Assembly (NCBI GenBank): GCA_043228905.1
Contig: JBHGNT010000001.1
Location: forward strand, 16,058,001-16,122,000
Source: Azolla caroliniana
Lineage: Eukaryota; Plantae; Polypodiophyta
Direction of reading: 5' to 3'
Length of the DNA: 64,000 nt
This document shows positions 39,301 through 53,200 of the stretch, piece by piece. A program made the position numbers and the translations under genes. Positions within the stretch are counted from its first letter, which is position 1; every line of letters begins with the position of its first letter. Below the pieces are notes generated by a model, which worked only from the letters and a program-made list of their open reading frames with translations, was not told the origin of the DNA and did no database searches.

Positions 39301-40684
39301 AATCATTATCCTAACATAATCAAGGAAGTTGGGTACATCAAAAAATCTGTGTCTCTACCCTCATCTCTACTACAGTCCTGTTTGCTGAACATCATCCCTC
39401 AATAGCTGCTCCCTCAAACATCCCTCTTTACCTTTACCACTGACATGCACATTGAAGGAAGTTCAAATATATCAATCATAATACTTCGAAAAGAAAACAC
39501 ATCTAGGGAGTCCAAATCAATCAAATCCAGAATTTTCAAAGATTGGCTAGACTATTCACACATAACTCAAATTAAGTGGTTCAAATAACTAAAACACACT
39601 TTTCAAAGCAATGGCTGGAGCATTTGAGCATATAATAACACTACGGAGTTAAAATGCATAAAGTAGCACAGAACTTTCAAACAAATGTGAGCATATTTAC
39701 ATTTATAACTCCAAAATTAAGTTTTCAATTACATCAGCCTAGATATTTTTCAAAGAGATGGTTCGGAGAAAGCAAACATACCATTTGGAAGGGGCAATGA
39801 TAAGCACATTGGAACAAGTTTAAATACACCAAACATTGTATTTCGAAAGAAAAGGCTAGATTACCCACATATATAGATCCAAATTAAGTAGTTCAAATAC
39901 ATCAAACATGTTATCCGAGATCAAATGCATAAACTCGATATTTTCAATGGTAAGGCTAGATTCCTGGTCTGACTCTGAGACCAAACTTCTGAAAATACTC
40001 CAGGCTCAAGCAAGGCACCTCTCGGGATATATAATCAAGCACAATATTTTTCAACGAAATGACTAGAACATCCACACATAGTGTTTATACATACTGAAGG
40101 ATGTTTAAATGCAGCAAAGACAATTGTATCGAAGAAATGGCTAGACTATTTGCACACATAAATCCGGATATGGCGTTTAAACACATCAAATGCAGTATTT
40201 ATTGAACGAACAGGATGGATTATTTGCACATACCTTTGGATGATCCAGTTATAAGCACATTGAAAGGAGGCTTTTTCGAGCGGGAAGTAGGTGATAGGGA
40301 AGGATCAGGATCTATCGCTGCAGAAGAGTTCAATTTTTCTGTCTGAGAAGCTCGGATGAGAAAAGAAGAAGATCGGGTATCATTCTTCTTCGTCGTCTTC
40401 TTCTTGGCGTCACTGTTTATCTTCGGATCAGAACAGTATAAGATCGGTCGAGGAAGATGGAGAGATCGAGGAAGGACAAAACGTAACTGACGATTCGCAG
40501 AAGTGGAGCGATTGGCAGAAACGTGACGGGTAAGGAGGGGATGCGGAAGCGGGGCAAACCGTAAGTGCAGCTTGGAAGAGGCGAGGATAAGGGAGGGGAT
40601 CGAAGAGGAATGGAAGGAAGGCGAAGGCGAAGGCGGGGGGAGGAGAGGAGGTAAGAGACTGCCGGTTCTGCTTCTCATCGCCAT
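30312..40684 (-). CDS. NOL: Chlorophyll(ide) b reductase NOL (NYC1-like, SDR family), 13 exons, 410 aa, N-terminal plastid transit peptide
   Basis: Exons 40234-40684, 39001-39069, 38819-38880, 38599-38685, 32904-32971, 32770-32818, 32618-32703, 32093-32150, 31945-31995, 31081-31131, 30952-30993, 30759-30869, 30312-30359. All introns GT-AG, 1233 nt in frame. Motifs: TGSSKGIG, IDIWINNAGSNAY, GHIFNMDGAGADGRPTPRFAAYGATKRS (YxxxK), PGMVTTELLMSG, AKFFINILAEP, RKNRYVQED*. Confidence 0.96.
32285..32602. repeat. Approx. 83-bp intronic tandem repeat x4 (one unit shortened)
   Basis: ACTGTTCATGTTAACT at 32285, 32368, 32438 and 32521. Confidence 0.92.
33700..33960 (-). mobile_element. Decayed copia integrase fragment; paralogous piece at approx. 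36000-36070 and 37460-37510
   Basis: [16 protein letters not shown] peptide. GCATTTATTA..GTTGACTTTTAGAACC occurs at 33699 and 36002. Confidence 0.6.
33960..35430 (+). mobile_element. 5'-truncated LINE (RTE/RTEX-like) in NOL intron 4, copy 1
   Basis: LLYGVETWG RT-thumb peptide, decayed CCHC C-terminal domain and conserved 3' tail. Confidence 0.75.
35893..35985 (+). mobile_element. Extreme 3' end of the same LINE with (TTTC)n tail
   Basis: ACAACACTTAAGATGTAAT..GGCCATTTTGGCCTCTTAAAAGATGTTAATATTTCTTTCTTTC. Confidence 0.75.
36072..37458 (+). mobile_element. 5'-truncated LINE (RTE/RTEX-like) in NOL intron 4, copy 2
   Basis: LQTSSHQLEIEVGR..RICQLC..ESEEHYICHC zinc-binding C-terminal domain (ORF 36498-36896). 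TTTC-rich tail. It interrupts a copia fragment at a TTCTCTTC-rich site. Confidence 0.8.
37740..38202 (-). mobile_element. Solo LTR (related to element C) in NOL intron 4
   Basis: TGTAA...CAACA termini on +, TSD CTTTT, homologous to 41748-42059. Confidence 0.9.
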
Positions 40685-40791
40685 GGCTTCTTCTTTGCAA
40701 AGAGAGAGACGATCGTACTCTTTCTTTCCCCTTTGATCGTAGTACTAGTCACTTCCAACAGTGACTTCCCTCCAGTCGACCATTCATAAAT

Positions 40792-41747
40792 ATGGCTTCG
40801 CTTCCACATCATCCGGCTCGTCGAGAGATGAGCCTCACGAAGTTCGATCCCACGGACTTCAAGTTTTGGAAGGAGCAAATGCAGGATTACCTGATCGTGA
40901 AGAGTCGGATCGACCCAATCAAGAATGAATCGGCTCCAAACGAATACAAGTCGAATGAATGGACGAAATTAGATCGAATTGTTTGTGCCGCCATTTGGAT
41001 GCACCTATCCAAAACCGTCTATTATACGGTGTAGTCATGTACAACAACATAGCAGTTGTCGAAGACGTTGTCGGAAACATACGAAAAGAAGGTGGCCGCC
41101 AAGCAGATTTATCTTATCCGGCGCCTATACAATCTTCGGATGAAAGAATCCAATTCGTTCCAAACACACTTGAATGAGTACAAAAACATCAAATCCGAAA
41201 TTTCCGCCCAGGGGATGACAATTGATGATGAGCTGAAAGCTCTCTTGCTTATGAGCAGTCTACCCCCTTCATGGGAAACTTTCGTAACTACTGTGTGTAA
41301 TGCATCGCCTACAGCCGTCAAGTACTCCGAGGTTACGAGATCAATACTGTTTGAAGATGCTCGGAGGAAATCGTTCGTACACAAATCGGCTAGTGATGGA
41401 TATGTAGTACAAAGTTCGATTGATCGACCGAACAGTCAAGGAAGAAGTTCTTCTTGACATCCAATCAATGTGAGAAGTTGAAGCAAGTGCATGGACACTA
41501 GAATATGCAATTATTGCAAAAAACATGGACACATCAAGGTTGATTTCCGTGCCCTCAAGATCGGAGGAAAAGGGCAACCCAAAGGAGGAGGTTAATTTTG
41601 TCCAACGACCCGAACATTCTATTCATTGAAAATTTGGTTGAATCAGAAGTTATGTACATGACCAAAGAATCTACAACATGGCTTCTCGATTCGGATGCAT
41701 CGTATCACATGACCCCTCGCCGATCTCAGTTCCAACAATATTCGGCT
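40792..41747 (+). mobile_element. Decayed B-family copia gag-protease fragment with no recognisable LTR or PBS
   Basis: EMSLTKFD..FWKEQMQDYLIVK, CNYCKKHGHIK and WLLDS peptides homologous to elements B and D, with stops. Confidence 0.88.
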
Positions 41748-44700
41748 TGAGAGAGCGAAAGAGAAACACAAGATAGAAAGATTTGAATAACAATAGAATA
41801 CTCAAAACGATGTATATTACAAAAGAGATTAACCGAACTAATTACAAAGTAGGAGGAGAGTGCTTTATATAGTCACTCTCTCTCTTCATTAACTACCGAA
41901 GCTCATGGGGAATGTAAAAACTCATTAGTTATGTGTCATAGAATATGATTCTATGACACATAGTTAATGTGTAGATAAGAGTGGTGACTTTTGACCTTTG
42001 AGTGCACACTCTCAAGGGTGTGTTCACACACTAGACTAGGTTGAACTTGATTCTCAACACACCCCCTCAAGCTCAACTTTGGTCGGCTACTTCGGTTGAT
42101 GTCTGCTTCAGCTCGTATCCGATTTGGACAGTATCCGGTTTTCGCTTGTACTCCCCCTCAAGCTTGGCAAGTCAAGGACCGTCAATCCAAGGTCTGACAT
42201 GAATTGCCGAAGCTTGTCGGCTCCCAAGGCTTTGGTGAAGATGTCGGCAGTTTGAAGATTCGTAGTGATATGTTGAAGATCAACATCGCCATCCTAAACA
42301 CGCTCTCGAATGAAGTGATAGTGCACTTCGATATGCTTCGTGCGTGCGTGGAACACTAGGTTCCGGGCCAGATAAATACTGCTCATGTTGTCACAATAAA
42401 GGGGAATTGGATCTTTGATGGGAACGCCCAGATCCTTCAATATCCTCTTAAGTCATACGGCTTCACATGCAACCACCGCCGCACCCCTGTATTTGGCCTA
42501 TGTGCTCAAAAGAGCGACTATTGGTTGCTTCTTGCTACTCTAGGAGATGGCTCCACTTCCGAGGGAGAAGAAGAAACCAGAGGTTGATCGTCGGTCGGCT
42601 TTGTAGCCTGCCCAGTCGGCATCAGTGTACCCCTCAAGTTGAATTGGCGTGGCCGACTTATAGAGAATGCCATAGTCCATCGTTCTGCTCACATATCGTA
42701 GCACTCTCTTAGCAAAATCCAAGTGGATATCTCGTGGGGTTTGCATGAACTGGCTAAGAAGGCCGACCGGATAGCTCATGTCTGGTCGAGTGATCGTGAG
42801 GTAGATAAGACTATCGATCAGTTGTCGATACTGAGTCAGCTCACACACACTATGTGGTGCCAGAATTGGCATCTAGTTTGAGGTTTCGGTCGCGAGGTGT
42901 TGCCACAAACTTGCACTTAGTCATCCCGAACTTGTATAACAAGTTGAGAATGTAGTGCCGTTGGGAGTTCATAATCCCGGTTGGAGTCCGAATTACTTCA
43001 ATGCCAAGGAAGTAGTGGAGCTCTTTCATGTCCGTCATCTCGAATTTGTTGGAAAGGAGGGATTTGACCTTGTTGATGTCGATTAGATGCTCACCTCCAA
43101 TGACCAGATCATCCACGTACAGGATGATGACGATCACCTTCTTACATAGAGAGAATTGTCAGATTTTGGCATTCGGAAGCCGATTCGATGAAGATATTGT
43201 GTTATCTTCGAGTGCCAAGCACGTGGTGCTTGCTTAAGGCCGTAGAGAGGCTTCTTGAGTCGATAGATGGCTTTCGGATGAATGTTGGATTCGAATCCGG
43301 GTGGTTGTACCATGTACACCACCTCTTCCAATTCACCTTGAAGAAAAGCGTTCTTGACATCCGTTTGGTGGAGGTGCCACCCTTTCACTACTGTAAGCGC
43401 TATCATGGTTTGCACGGTTGTCATCTTTGCCACTGGGGCAAAGGTCTCTTCATAGTCGACGTCCTGTGTTTGTGCGTAGCCCTTTGCTACGAGTCGAGCT
43501 TTGTAGCGGTTGACGGAACCGTCAGCATTATACTTCACTTTGTATATCCATCTGCAGCCGATTGCCTTCTTGTGCAGTGAGTGAGGGACGAGATCCCATG
43601 TCTCATTCTTGCTGAGAGCTTGCATCTCCTCGTTCATCGCTTCGACCCATCGCGGATCTTGAGCAGCTTCGGCAAAGCTCTCCGGTTCTCAAACTGTTGC
43701 CACCTTCATCATAAAGGCATAGTGGTATGCCATATAGTCGTTGTATCTGAATCGGCTAACTGGATTTTTCTCTCGGGTGGAGTGACAGAATTTCTCATTT
43801 GCCGATGTGAGTGCTTTCTCAACTCCGAGTGACCTCATAAGAGGCACATCAAAGTCATCGAACTCACTATCAAGTGAATGAGCCGATTCATTGCCGTCGA
43901 AGTGATCGTCTTCATATTCCAGCATTTTGGACTTGGCCGAGATGAGCTTTGGTTGCTCGGAGGCTCTTGTGGTCTACTCAATTTGGTTGAGATCGAACTC
44001 TCTTCGAGTATTGACCTTAGTTGATCATCGTATTCTGTGTTGTCAAGGTCGTTCGTAGATGGTTCGGGAGGAGTCGGCTTGGGTTTGTACCATGATGTCG
44101 ATTCGTCAAAGACGACATCCCGACTTACACGAGTCTTCCGAGTAGAGGGGTTGAAGCACTCCCTTTTGCTCGAGTGAGTACCCCACGAGGATGCACTTGT
44201 CTGATTTTGGGTCAAGCTTCTACCGCTTCTCATCGGGAATGTTCACGTATGCAATGGAGCCGAATATCCTTACATTGGATAGATCCGGCTTCTTCCCATA
44301 CTATTTCTCGTGCGGGGTGACCTCATGCACTTCGGATGTTGTGCACCGGTTCATGAGGTAGATGATGGTATTTGCAGCTTCTGCCCATATATGACTTGGG
44401 CATATGCTTCTCATTTAGCATGGCCCTTGCTACTTTGAGGATGTGCCGATTCTTGCGTTCGGCTACACTATTCTGTTGCGGTGTGTGTCGGCAAGTGAAT
44501 TCTCGCCGAATTCCTTCTTGTCAAAGGTATGCCGTGAACGCATCGGAGAAGTATTCCTTTCCTCCATCCAACCGAAGACATCGTACATGGTGGCCAGTTG
44601 TCTTTTCGACTTCGCTTTTGAATTTTTGCGAGTGTGTAAACACTTTGCTCTTCATCCTCATGGGAAAGATCCATGTGTCTCTAGAGAAGTCATCGATGAA

Positions 44701-45980
44701 GGTAACATAGTACCGACATCCTCCGAACGTAGCTTTCTGTGCCAGTCCCCACACATCTGAGTGGACTACGTCCAATAGGCCTTTGCTCACGTTCCTCTCC
44801 TTCGGAAACGGGTGCCGATGGTTCTTGCCGAATTGGCATGCTTCACATACTCATTCAATCTCTTTCTCTTTGAAGGTCGGGAGCCTGATGACGACTCCTT
44901 TCGATTGCATCGCCTTGAGTTTGTTGAGATTGATATGGCCGATTCTTTTATGCCATAACTCTATGTCGGTGTCAGATTTGAGGCCCTTTGCGTACATGGC
45001 CGATTTCACCTCATTTGACTCGAGGATAAACATTCTACCTTCCCTTCGACCTCGACCAATGAGTCGGCCTTCCTTCTCGATGAACCAACCACCTTGGTTG
45101 AATCAAACTTGCATCCCTTGCTCCACTATTTGGCCAACTGAGACCAAATTTTTCATTATGGTGGGTACATGTAATACCTTTTTGATGCAAGTTTGTTCGC
45201 TGTCTTCCCCGAATGGGACATTGCCAATATGTCGAATAGGATGAGTGGTGTCATCTCCAGTCTCGACATAACTAGGTCGATCCGGTTCTCGTAAGTCTCA
45301 GAACCATTCTTGACGGGACATCATATGGTTCGAAGCACCGGAGTCGACGAACCATACATCTTCCGGATTGGAGGCCGACATAGAATTTGCTCTATGTCTC
45401 ATCACGAACATTCCGCCAAGGTCTTCATAATCGGAGTTAGTGGCATAATTTGTGAGTTGTCGGCTTGTGGAAGCCGACTCATGCTTCTTCTTCCGGCACT
45501 CTTCTTCATGATGGCCAATTTATCTACAATATCTGCATTCGATCAAGTTTTGTCGACTCGAACTAGAATGGAAGTTCCCCCTTCTTCCGAAGGTTCCTCG
45601 ATGGCTTCCGTCTTGTTGCCGAAATTGGGAGTTGTTGTCGTAAGTTGGACCTCGTCCACTGCCTCGTCCTTGGCCGAATCGGCCCCTTGCTCAGCCGCAT
45701 CCTCTTCCTCCATTTGAATGCGTGTAGAGCATGTGGCCTTCCGAGGCATTGTTCCTTGTTCGAACATGATTCTCTTCGACCAATACCATAGATTGAATAT
45801 CGAAGAAGGACGGTGGATTCTCCCATGCTAGTACGGCGGTCCGCATTACGCCGAATCGTGGTGCAAGGCCGCTGAGGCATATTTGCACCATTTCGTCATC
45901 CTCCACATTGACTCTTATTGAGTCGAGTGCATCACAAAGCTCCTTGATCTTCAAGGTGTAGCTTGTGATATACATATCCC
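41748..45980 (-). mobile_element. Ty1/copia element C (A-related), defective; 3' LTR truncated, 5' part displaced beyond the window
   Basis: LTR remnant 41748-42059, PPT 42060-42069, RNaseH/RT (YVDDL), IN (VHSDVWG), PR (WFVDSGAS), gag (VEDDEMVQICL). Confidence 0.92.
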
Positions 45981-47277
45981 TGTCGAATATGAGTGTATAA
46001 TGGCCGTATTCACACTGTCTCTTTGGACAACCCAAGTTTGGGCTATTTTTGTAAATAGCATAAAGGGCAGTTGCCCTAGGATAGTCACTATATAAAGTGA
46101 CTTTGTAACCTTTAGCAAAGGTCGGTTATCATTTGTAACTATTGCTATTAAGAAATAAAACTTTTCTTTGTGCCTCTCTCTCTCTCTCTCTCTGGGTGTA
46201 TCTTGTTCATTCTCATACACAGGTCCTTCAACATCACAAATGTTGTTTGTTCTTCCGCACTGACGACCTTGTCCCCGACATTTGGTATCAGAGCGTTGGA
46301 GGTTCTTCAACCCGCTGCCGGCCATCGTAGTACACCACACAACACTCTATTTTTGTTTTACTTGAAGAACAGAGAAGAGAGAAGACAAACAAGAAGCAAC
46401 AACCAAATTTGTGCTTCATTCGGCTTATCGACATTCGGGAGGATCAGTTGGATCCATCCCCTCTCATCGTTGCAGTCATCCGAAGCAGAATCGACCTAAA
46501 CAATCGGTTTCCTGTGATCGGTATTCGGCATACAATCGGAAGCTAACCGGAGTCACTCCAAGAAGGTTCAGCAAACAAGTATCTGAAACCAAAACAACTC
46601 GGGTTCAAGACCAACTAGAACGATATTGGGTGAGCCGACTGGCTGCACCCAACTAAGGTTCCTAGTCAACTCCGAACATAGTCTTACCAACCGAAACCGA
46701 ATCAGATGGCATCAACATCCGGCTCATCGGAGATGAGTCTAAGGAGGTTCGACGGTTCGAACTTCAACTTCTGGAAGGAACAAATGCAGGACTACCTCAT
46801 AGTCAAGGGTTAGATAGACCCGATTGAGAATGAAAATACTCCAGAAGCATACAAGGCAAACGAGTGGCTAAAGCTGGATAGAATCGTCCGCGCCACGATT
46901 CGGATGCACTTGTCGGAGTCAGTGTACTTCGCAGTGCAATCATGCTCGACAACTTTTGAACTTTGGAAAACACTGTCGGAAACTTATGAAAAGAAGGTCG
47001 CCGCAACGAAGATGTATCTGATCCGGCGCCTCTACAACTTGTAGATGAAAGAATCCGATTCATTTCAGGCACACCTCAACGAGTACGAAAGCCTAAGCTC
47101 CCAAATATCATCTCAGGGGATGACAATAGAGGATGAACTCAGAGCAATGATACTCATGAGTAGTCTCCCCTCTTCTTGGGAAACTTTCGTCACAACCATG
47201 TGCAATGTTTCAACAATCTTGACTGAAGCAGCTCGAAGAAAGTCTTTCGCCAAAGACTCGGCAGATGAAGCTTACGT

Positions 47278-50200
47278 TGTCGTGGAGAAAACCGTTCCTA
47301 GGCGGAAACTGGGTATAATGTGCGTAAACCGGCCCTTACACGTGGGCACAAGTTTTGTTGTATAGTACGTAGGTAGGTACAAGTCGCCTGAGGCGAAATC
47401 CTAGGTAGTACGCGTTCGGTAGGGAGGAAATCGAGGCGTATCCCTGTCCGAAAGGACAAGGAATAAACATGATGTAACAAGTGGTAACGACCTCCCTCCT
47501 TGGGTTATAAAAGAGAGGGAGAAGTGAGAGAAAGGTATCACGTTTTTGGGAGCGAGGAGGAAGGGCTGTCGGACCAGGACCGAGCTCTCTCCTCCATCGT
47601 TCGACTTTCTTTACAGGATTTCAGACTATGTTGCCTCTGCTTCGTGGACAGCCAGTGTGCTTCCGGCAGAGGCTCCACTGTGCAGTTGGGCTGAGTGCGT
47701 GCGTGAGCATCGTGTGTATGTGTGTGTGTCCGCCTGGGTTGGATCCATCGCTGGCTTGCCGGTTGTAATCGTTGTCGATTGTAATTAAGACTTCGTTCTC
47801 TGTGTCTTTCCTCCTCTGTGTTTCTGCAAGCTGCACTCTCTCTCTCTCTCCCCTCTTTCTCACGCCCCTTAGTTCAAGGCCCCCGTGGTCCCACTTCTTT
47901 CCGAAAGCGAAGAGCGTAACAACACGACATATTTGGTGAACCTGACGTGAAACAGGCGACAAAGGAGTGAAGGATGAGGGGATCCGAGCTTGCTGAAGCT
48001 ATGGTCGTAGCCGTCGACCGGCTAGTGAGCGCTCGCGAGGGAACGGGTGCCCTTGACAGGGCCATTGAGTCGATCGTCGGCACCATAGGTCGATTCGATG
48101 GGAAGAATGCCACGAGCTACTTGGAGGCCTACCGGGCCGAAATGATCATGAGGGATATCTTGGTGGACATGCAGCTGTCCGGATTCCCTCGGGAAGTGAC
48201 GCCGAGCATCCACGCAGAGGTGCTCGAGGTGCTGGCCGGATGCCGGACTTGGGAGGAGTTTGAGCTGCGGCTCCTCGAGATGTATGGGTTTGATGACTCG
48301 CTTCGGCTATCGAAGCGAGACTTCATGGCGTGGGTTGAGAGCCCAGGGAAGGGGAGAAACGCATCGGTGCTCCTCCAGGAGTTCGAGAAACGGTTCGCAT
48401 GACTGTCAACGCTGGACCGGACCGTGCTCGACACAAGCCGGGTACTACTATTCGTCAAGGCGGTGGATGCCATGGACCGGGAGAAGGTGGGTCTCCTGTT
48501 GGAAACGGATGAAGGGCTCACGGCAGACTGGGCCATGGTAAGGAGGGTCTGCGGTCGTTTCGACAAGCGGCGCGAGTGGAGCGATGAGGGCTCGTCGGCG
48601 GCAAGGCTAGTCCTGACGAGGGAGCTTGAGGAGCCGATCTCGGTACCGGCTAGGAAGGAAGAAACTCGGAGTTGGCTTAAGACATGCTCAGCCCCAAGCG
48701 GAGTGGTCAAAGGTCCCTCCGGAGGCGCGGCTCTAGAAGAGTTGTCGCAGATGGTGTGAGACCTCCAAATCGCACAGGCCTGGAGGGACAACGACGAACA
48801 ATCTCATGACCGAAGGCCGTTGGCGGGGCAGCAATGCATGTGGTGCGACGCAGTCGGCCACATATGGAAAGAATGCGCGAATTTCGCAGAGACACTCAGG
48901 ACCAACGTGGTTTACCTCTGGAACGAGCGGGTGCACGCGAGCGAGACCCGGAAAGCCCTAGAGTTGAATTCGGGGCGCAACGGAATGAAGCGGTTGATGG
49001 AAGAGGCCGCGGTACGACATGCAGAGGATGTTAACTACTCGGTGTCGGCGGGAATCCGGGTCGGAGATGATGAGGCCCGAAAAGCGAAGGACTCTGGATT
49101 TTGGCCGCTGATGCTAGAGGGTCTCCCTAGAGTATGGTTGAAGAAGGAAGAGGTAGACCGCGCGGAACAACGGATCCGGGAGGTCACCGGATGGGACGAC
49201 CCGGTGGAAGAGAAGACTGGCTTTGTGGCAGCCACATGCCAGAACTACGAGGTTCTGGTAGAAGACAAGCATGTGGGAAAGGCCGGAGGGGCAGGCTCCT
49301 CGCAGTTGTACGAGACCCGGTTCGGACCGAAGCCGAATGAGACCGTCAACGCCGACGCACCGGAGAAGAAGAAGCAGGCCGGTTTTTGGCTGAGCACCGA
49401 AATCGAACGAACGACAGACCTACGGAAGGTCCTGTGGAAGAGAGAATTCTCGACAACAAGGTCGAGCTGTCGTTACGGGAGGTGCTAGGAATCACCAAGA
49501 ACGAGTTCCACGACTCCATCGTGGACTTGGTGAAGCGGAAGAGGCTCTCGACGGAACCGGAACCAGAGAGGCCGGTGGAAATGCAGACGACACACTTAGA
49601 AGACACGACCCTAGAGGATGAGTTCGTGGAAAGCCACTACGCGAAGCCGCATTAGGCTAGGGCCACTACGGAAACCCCTGTTCGGATCGACGACGTCCAG
49701 GAGCCGGTAGTGGCATTGGTAGACCACGGTTCAGAGATCAACTAGATGTCCATGGACTTCTATAAAAGGGGGAAATGGCCGATCAACACCAAGCACGGGT
49801 GGAAGATACGCGTGGCGATGCGCGCTACAGAGGAGCTGCATGGTGCGTGCCTGAACGTATGTGTGAAGATCGGCGACGTCGAGATAGATCAACATTTCTT
49901 CGTGCAGGAGACATCCTCGCACCCGGTAATTCTCGGCGAACCGTACATTACGGCAGCGCGCATGGAGACGAAAGTACTGGACAACGGTTCGGCGTATGCA
50001 CGCATCAAGAGCCAAGACGGTCAGGTCGGCATTCCGTCCAAATCATGACAGTGCGACCCAACCACGAGCGAAACCGCGAGACCCTTGGCGGCGACAGCCG
50101 AGGGGATTTTTGGAGAGGGCTATCAAAGCGTGGGGCAGCGATAGTCCGGACACCCTGGAAAAACCCCACAGATGTACTATAGGCAAAAACACCTGTACTA

Positions 50201-53200
50201 TAGGTAGAAAATTTTGGTTCTCCGATAGCGGTGGTTGTACGATAGCCGACGTAGTTGGCCGGGAAAAGAAGCGGGCGGAGGAGCGGCTTCGGGCGTGTGG
50301 AGTCCTCGGCCTTGAAGAGGAAATCAACGGAGCCGTGGAGGCGGTCTCTTTCGATGACACCTTGGGGAAGTTACAGGAGGTGTTCGGAGAAGGCCTTAAT
50401 GAGGACCGGACGATTCCGGTATGTTCGGAAAAGATGTACGAAGTCATCGCCAACTTCGGTAGTGGACTCGAGTCGGATCGGACGGCCCGAGTGGATAGGA
50501 AGTACAAGACTATGGACCGGAAGGTGAGGCCAGTTAAGGCACCCTTGCCGGAGGGCAGCGAGTTACGGATAAAGGGGGTTGCGTCGGACCCAAGTTTATG
50601 AGATCCAGCCAACATAGGACACACGTTCACCGACGTAACGCTACGGGAGCTCAAGATTGGTGGGGGTGGCTTTCTATTGCCGGCGGAAGAGGACCGGTTT
50701 CGGAGAATGCTTGGGAGGCACGGGAAGGCTTTCGCATTCTCACCGGAGGAGATCGGGTGCGTAGACCCAAAGGTTGTGGAACCAATGGTGATCTTCACGG
50801 TACCGCATGTGCCGTGGAGTCTCAAACCGATTTCGGTACCCAGAGCTCACATCCCGAAGCTGATGGATCTCCTGAAACAGAAGGTGGAGATGGGCATCCT
50901 TGAACCGTCGAGTGCCCCATATTCGAATCGGTGGTTTACCGTGCCAAAGAAGAACGGCACACTACGCTTCATACAGGACCTACAGCCGGTCAACAAGGTG
51001 ACCATTCGAAACGCAGGTATCGGACCAACCATTGATGAGTTCGCGGAGGCTTTCGCAGGGAGGTCGATCTACTCGGTCGGGGACTTGTACTCAGGCTACG
51101 ATTAGTTCCAGCTAGCCGTAGAGAGCAAAGATGTCACCACGATGCTGACTCCTCTCGGCCTAGTTCGGATGTGTACCCTACCGCAAGGAGGAACGAACTC
51201 GGTGGCACACATGGTGAATGCGATGAACAAGGTGTTGAGGGACTGCATCCCGGACATCATCATGTCGTTTTTGGACGACATCCCAATCAAAGGATGTCCG
51301 ATGGAGGACAGGGACGAGTCGGTCGGGCCCAATGGTTGCCGGAGGTTCGTGAGGGATCACATCCGCGATTGCGAGAAGGTGCTACAAAGACTCGAGAGCG
51401 CGCGACTCACCTTCTCCGGAGAAAAATCAGCATTCGGACAGCCGAAGATCCTAGTAGTTGGACACCTGTGTGGGTCCTATGGCCGGAAACTGTCCATGGC
51501 AAAGGTAGAAGCCATCTCCGTGATGAAGGACAATTGCGGGTCGGTTACGGAGGTCTGTAGATTCTTAGGTGTGTGCGCGTTCTGCCACATCTGGATTCTG
51601 CACTACGCACATGTCGCGGAACCGCTCTACGGGCTATTGAAAAAAGGGCATAGGTTCGAATGGAGGACGGAGCACACAGAGTCGGTTCGGAGGCTGAAGG
51701 AGGCGCTTGCAGCGGCACCGGCTCTCCGGAAAGTGGTTTATGGCAAGGAAGTCCCCATCTCCGTGATGGTGGACACGAGCCCGACCGGGATCGGGTGGGT
51801 GATCAGTCAGGAGGACAAGGATGGCGTACGGTTCCCGATCCGGTTCGGGGTGAAGGTGTTGAGCGAGCGGCAGCGAGGATACGCCCAAGTTAAGAGCGAG
51901 ATGTGGATTATCGTTTTGGTAGTCAAGGCCGACAAGGACTATCTGATCGGGATGGAAGTGATCATCGAGACGAACTGGCTACCGATTCTAGGTATGGTCT
52001 CTGGATGCGCGACTCCAGACCTGGCGATGCTCAGGTGGATCACGTACATCTAGTCCCTGAACCCGGAGATACGACACATCTCCGGGAAAGATAATGCCAT
52101 GGCCGATATGCTTTCAAGGGCGCGGTTTAGTGACGAGGACAGAATGGTTTCGGATAACGAGGAAGTCGACGAGGATTTCTTCGGGTCAGCCAACGTAACA
52201 ACAAGAAAGGGGAGCACTCCGGCGCTTAACGAATTCGACGAGAGCAAGTACAACAGGGAATGGCTCCAGATCGGCGGGTTCCTGAAGGCAATGACACCGG
52301 ACGCGGCATGGACGAAGGAAGAGGCCAACCGGATTTGGAAGAAAGCGTACCGATTCTTTCTACGGGACGGGAGCATATGGAAGACCCGAAGAAGAGAGAC
52401 GACATCCCACTCCGAGTGGTGGCGAAGAAAGAGGAACAGGAAGAATTGTTGACGGCGTAGCACGAGAGTCCCTGGGCCGGACACCGCGGGATGTTGGCCA
52501 CATTCGAGAAGCTAATGGGGAAGTACTGGTGGCTGGGACTATACCGGGACGTGCATCGGTTTGTGACGACTTGCGAAAGCTGTCAGGTGCACTCCATAGT
52601 CCGACATCGGGACGAGCTCCACCCGACCTACCCTCCAACCGTCCACTTCAAGTGGATGGTGGATCTAGTGACAATGCCGATGGGGGTAGGGCAGATGTGG
52701 TATCTAGTGCTAGCTCGGGAGGACCTGACGAACCATGTGGAAGGCCGAGCGTTGTAGAGCAAAATGACCGCGACCGTGTGCCGATTTCTGATCGAAGAAG
52801 TGGTATGCTGGTACGGGTGCGTAGGTAAGATCATGGCCGACTGCGGGGAATTGGATGCGCAAGAGGCGGAAGAACTGTTTGACCGGCTAGGAATTAAACT
52901 CTCGCTCACCACGGCGTACAATCCGGAGGCTAACGAGAAGGTGGAGCGCGGACACGAGCCGATCGTCAAAGCGTTGGTACGGGCGTGTGGAGGCCATGTC
53001 GGGAACTGGCCGCGGCTCTTACCCTATGCGTTGTGGGCGGACCGAACTACGCACAGTTCGCTAATCGGGTTCATGTCGGCAGAGCTAATGTACGGGCAGA
53101 AGCCGATCATGCCAATGGAGCAGACAATCTCCTCATGGGCCACGGTGGACTGGAACAACGAGATGAGCCGGGAGGAGCTGTTAGCGGCATGGATTCGGCA

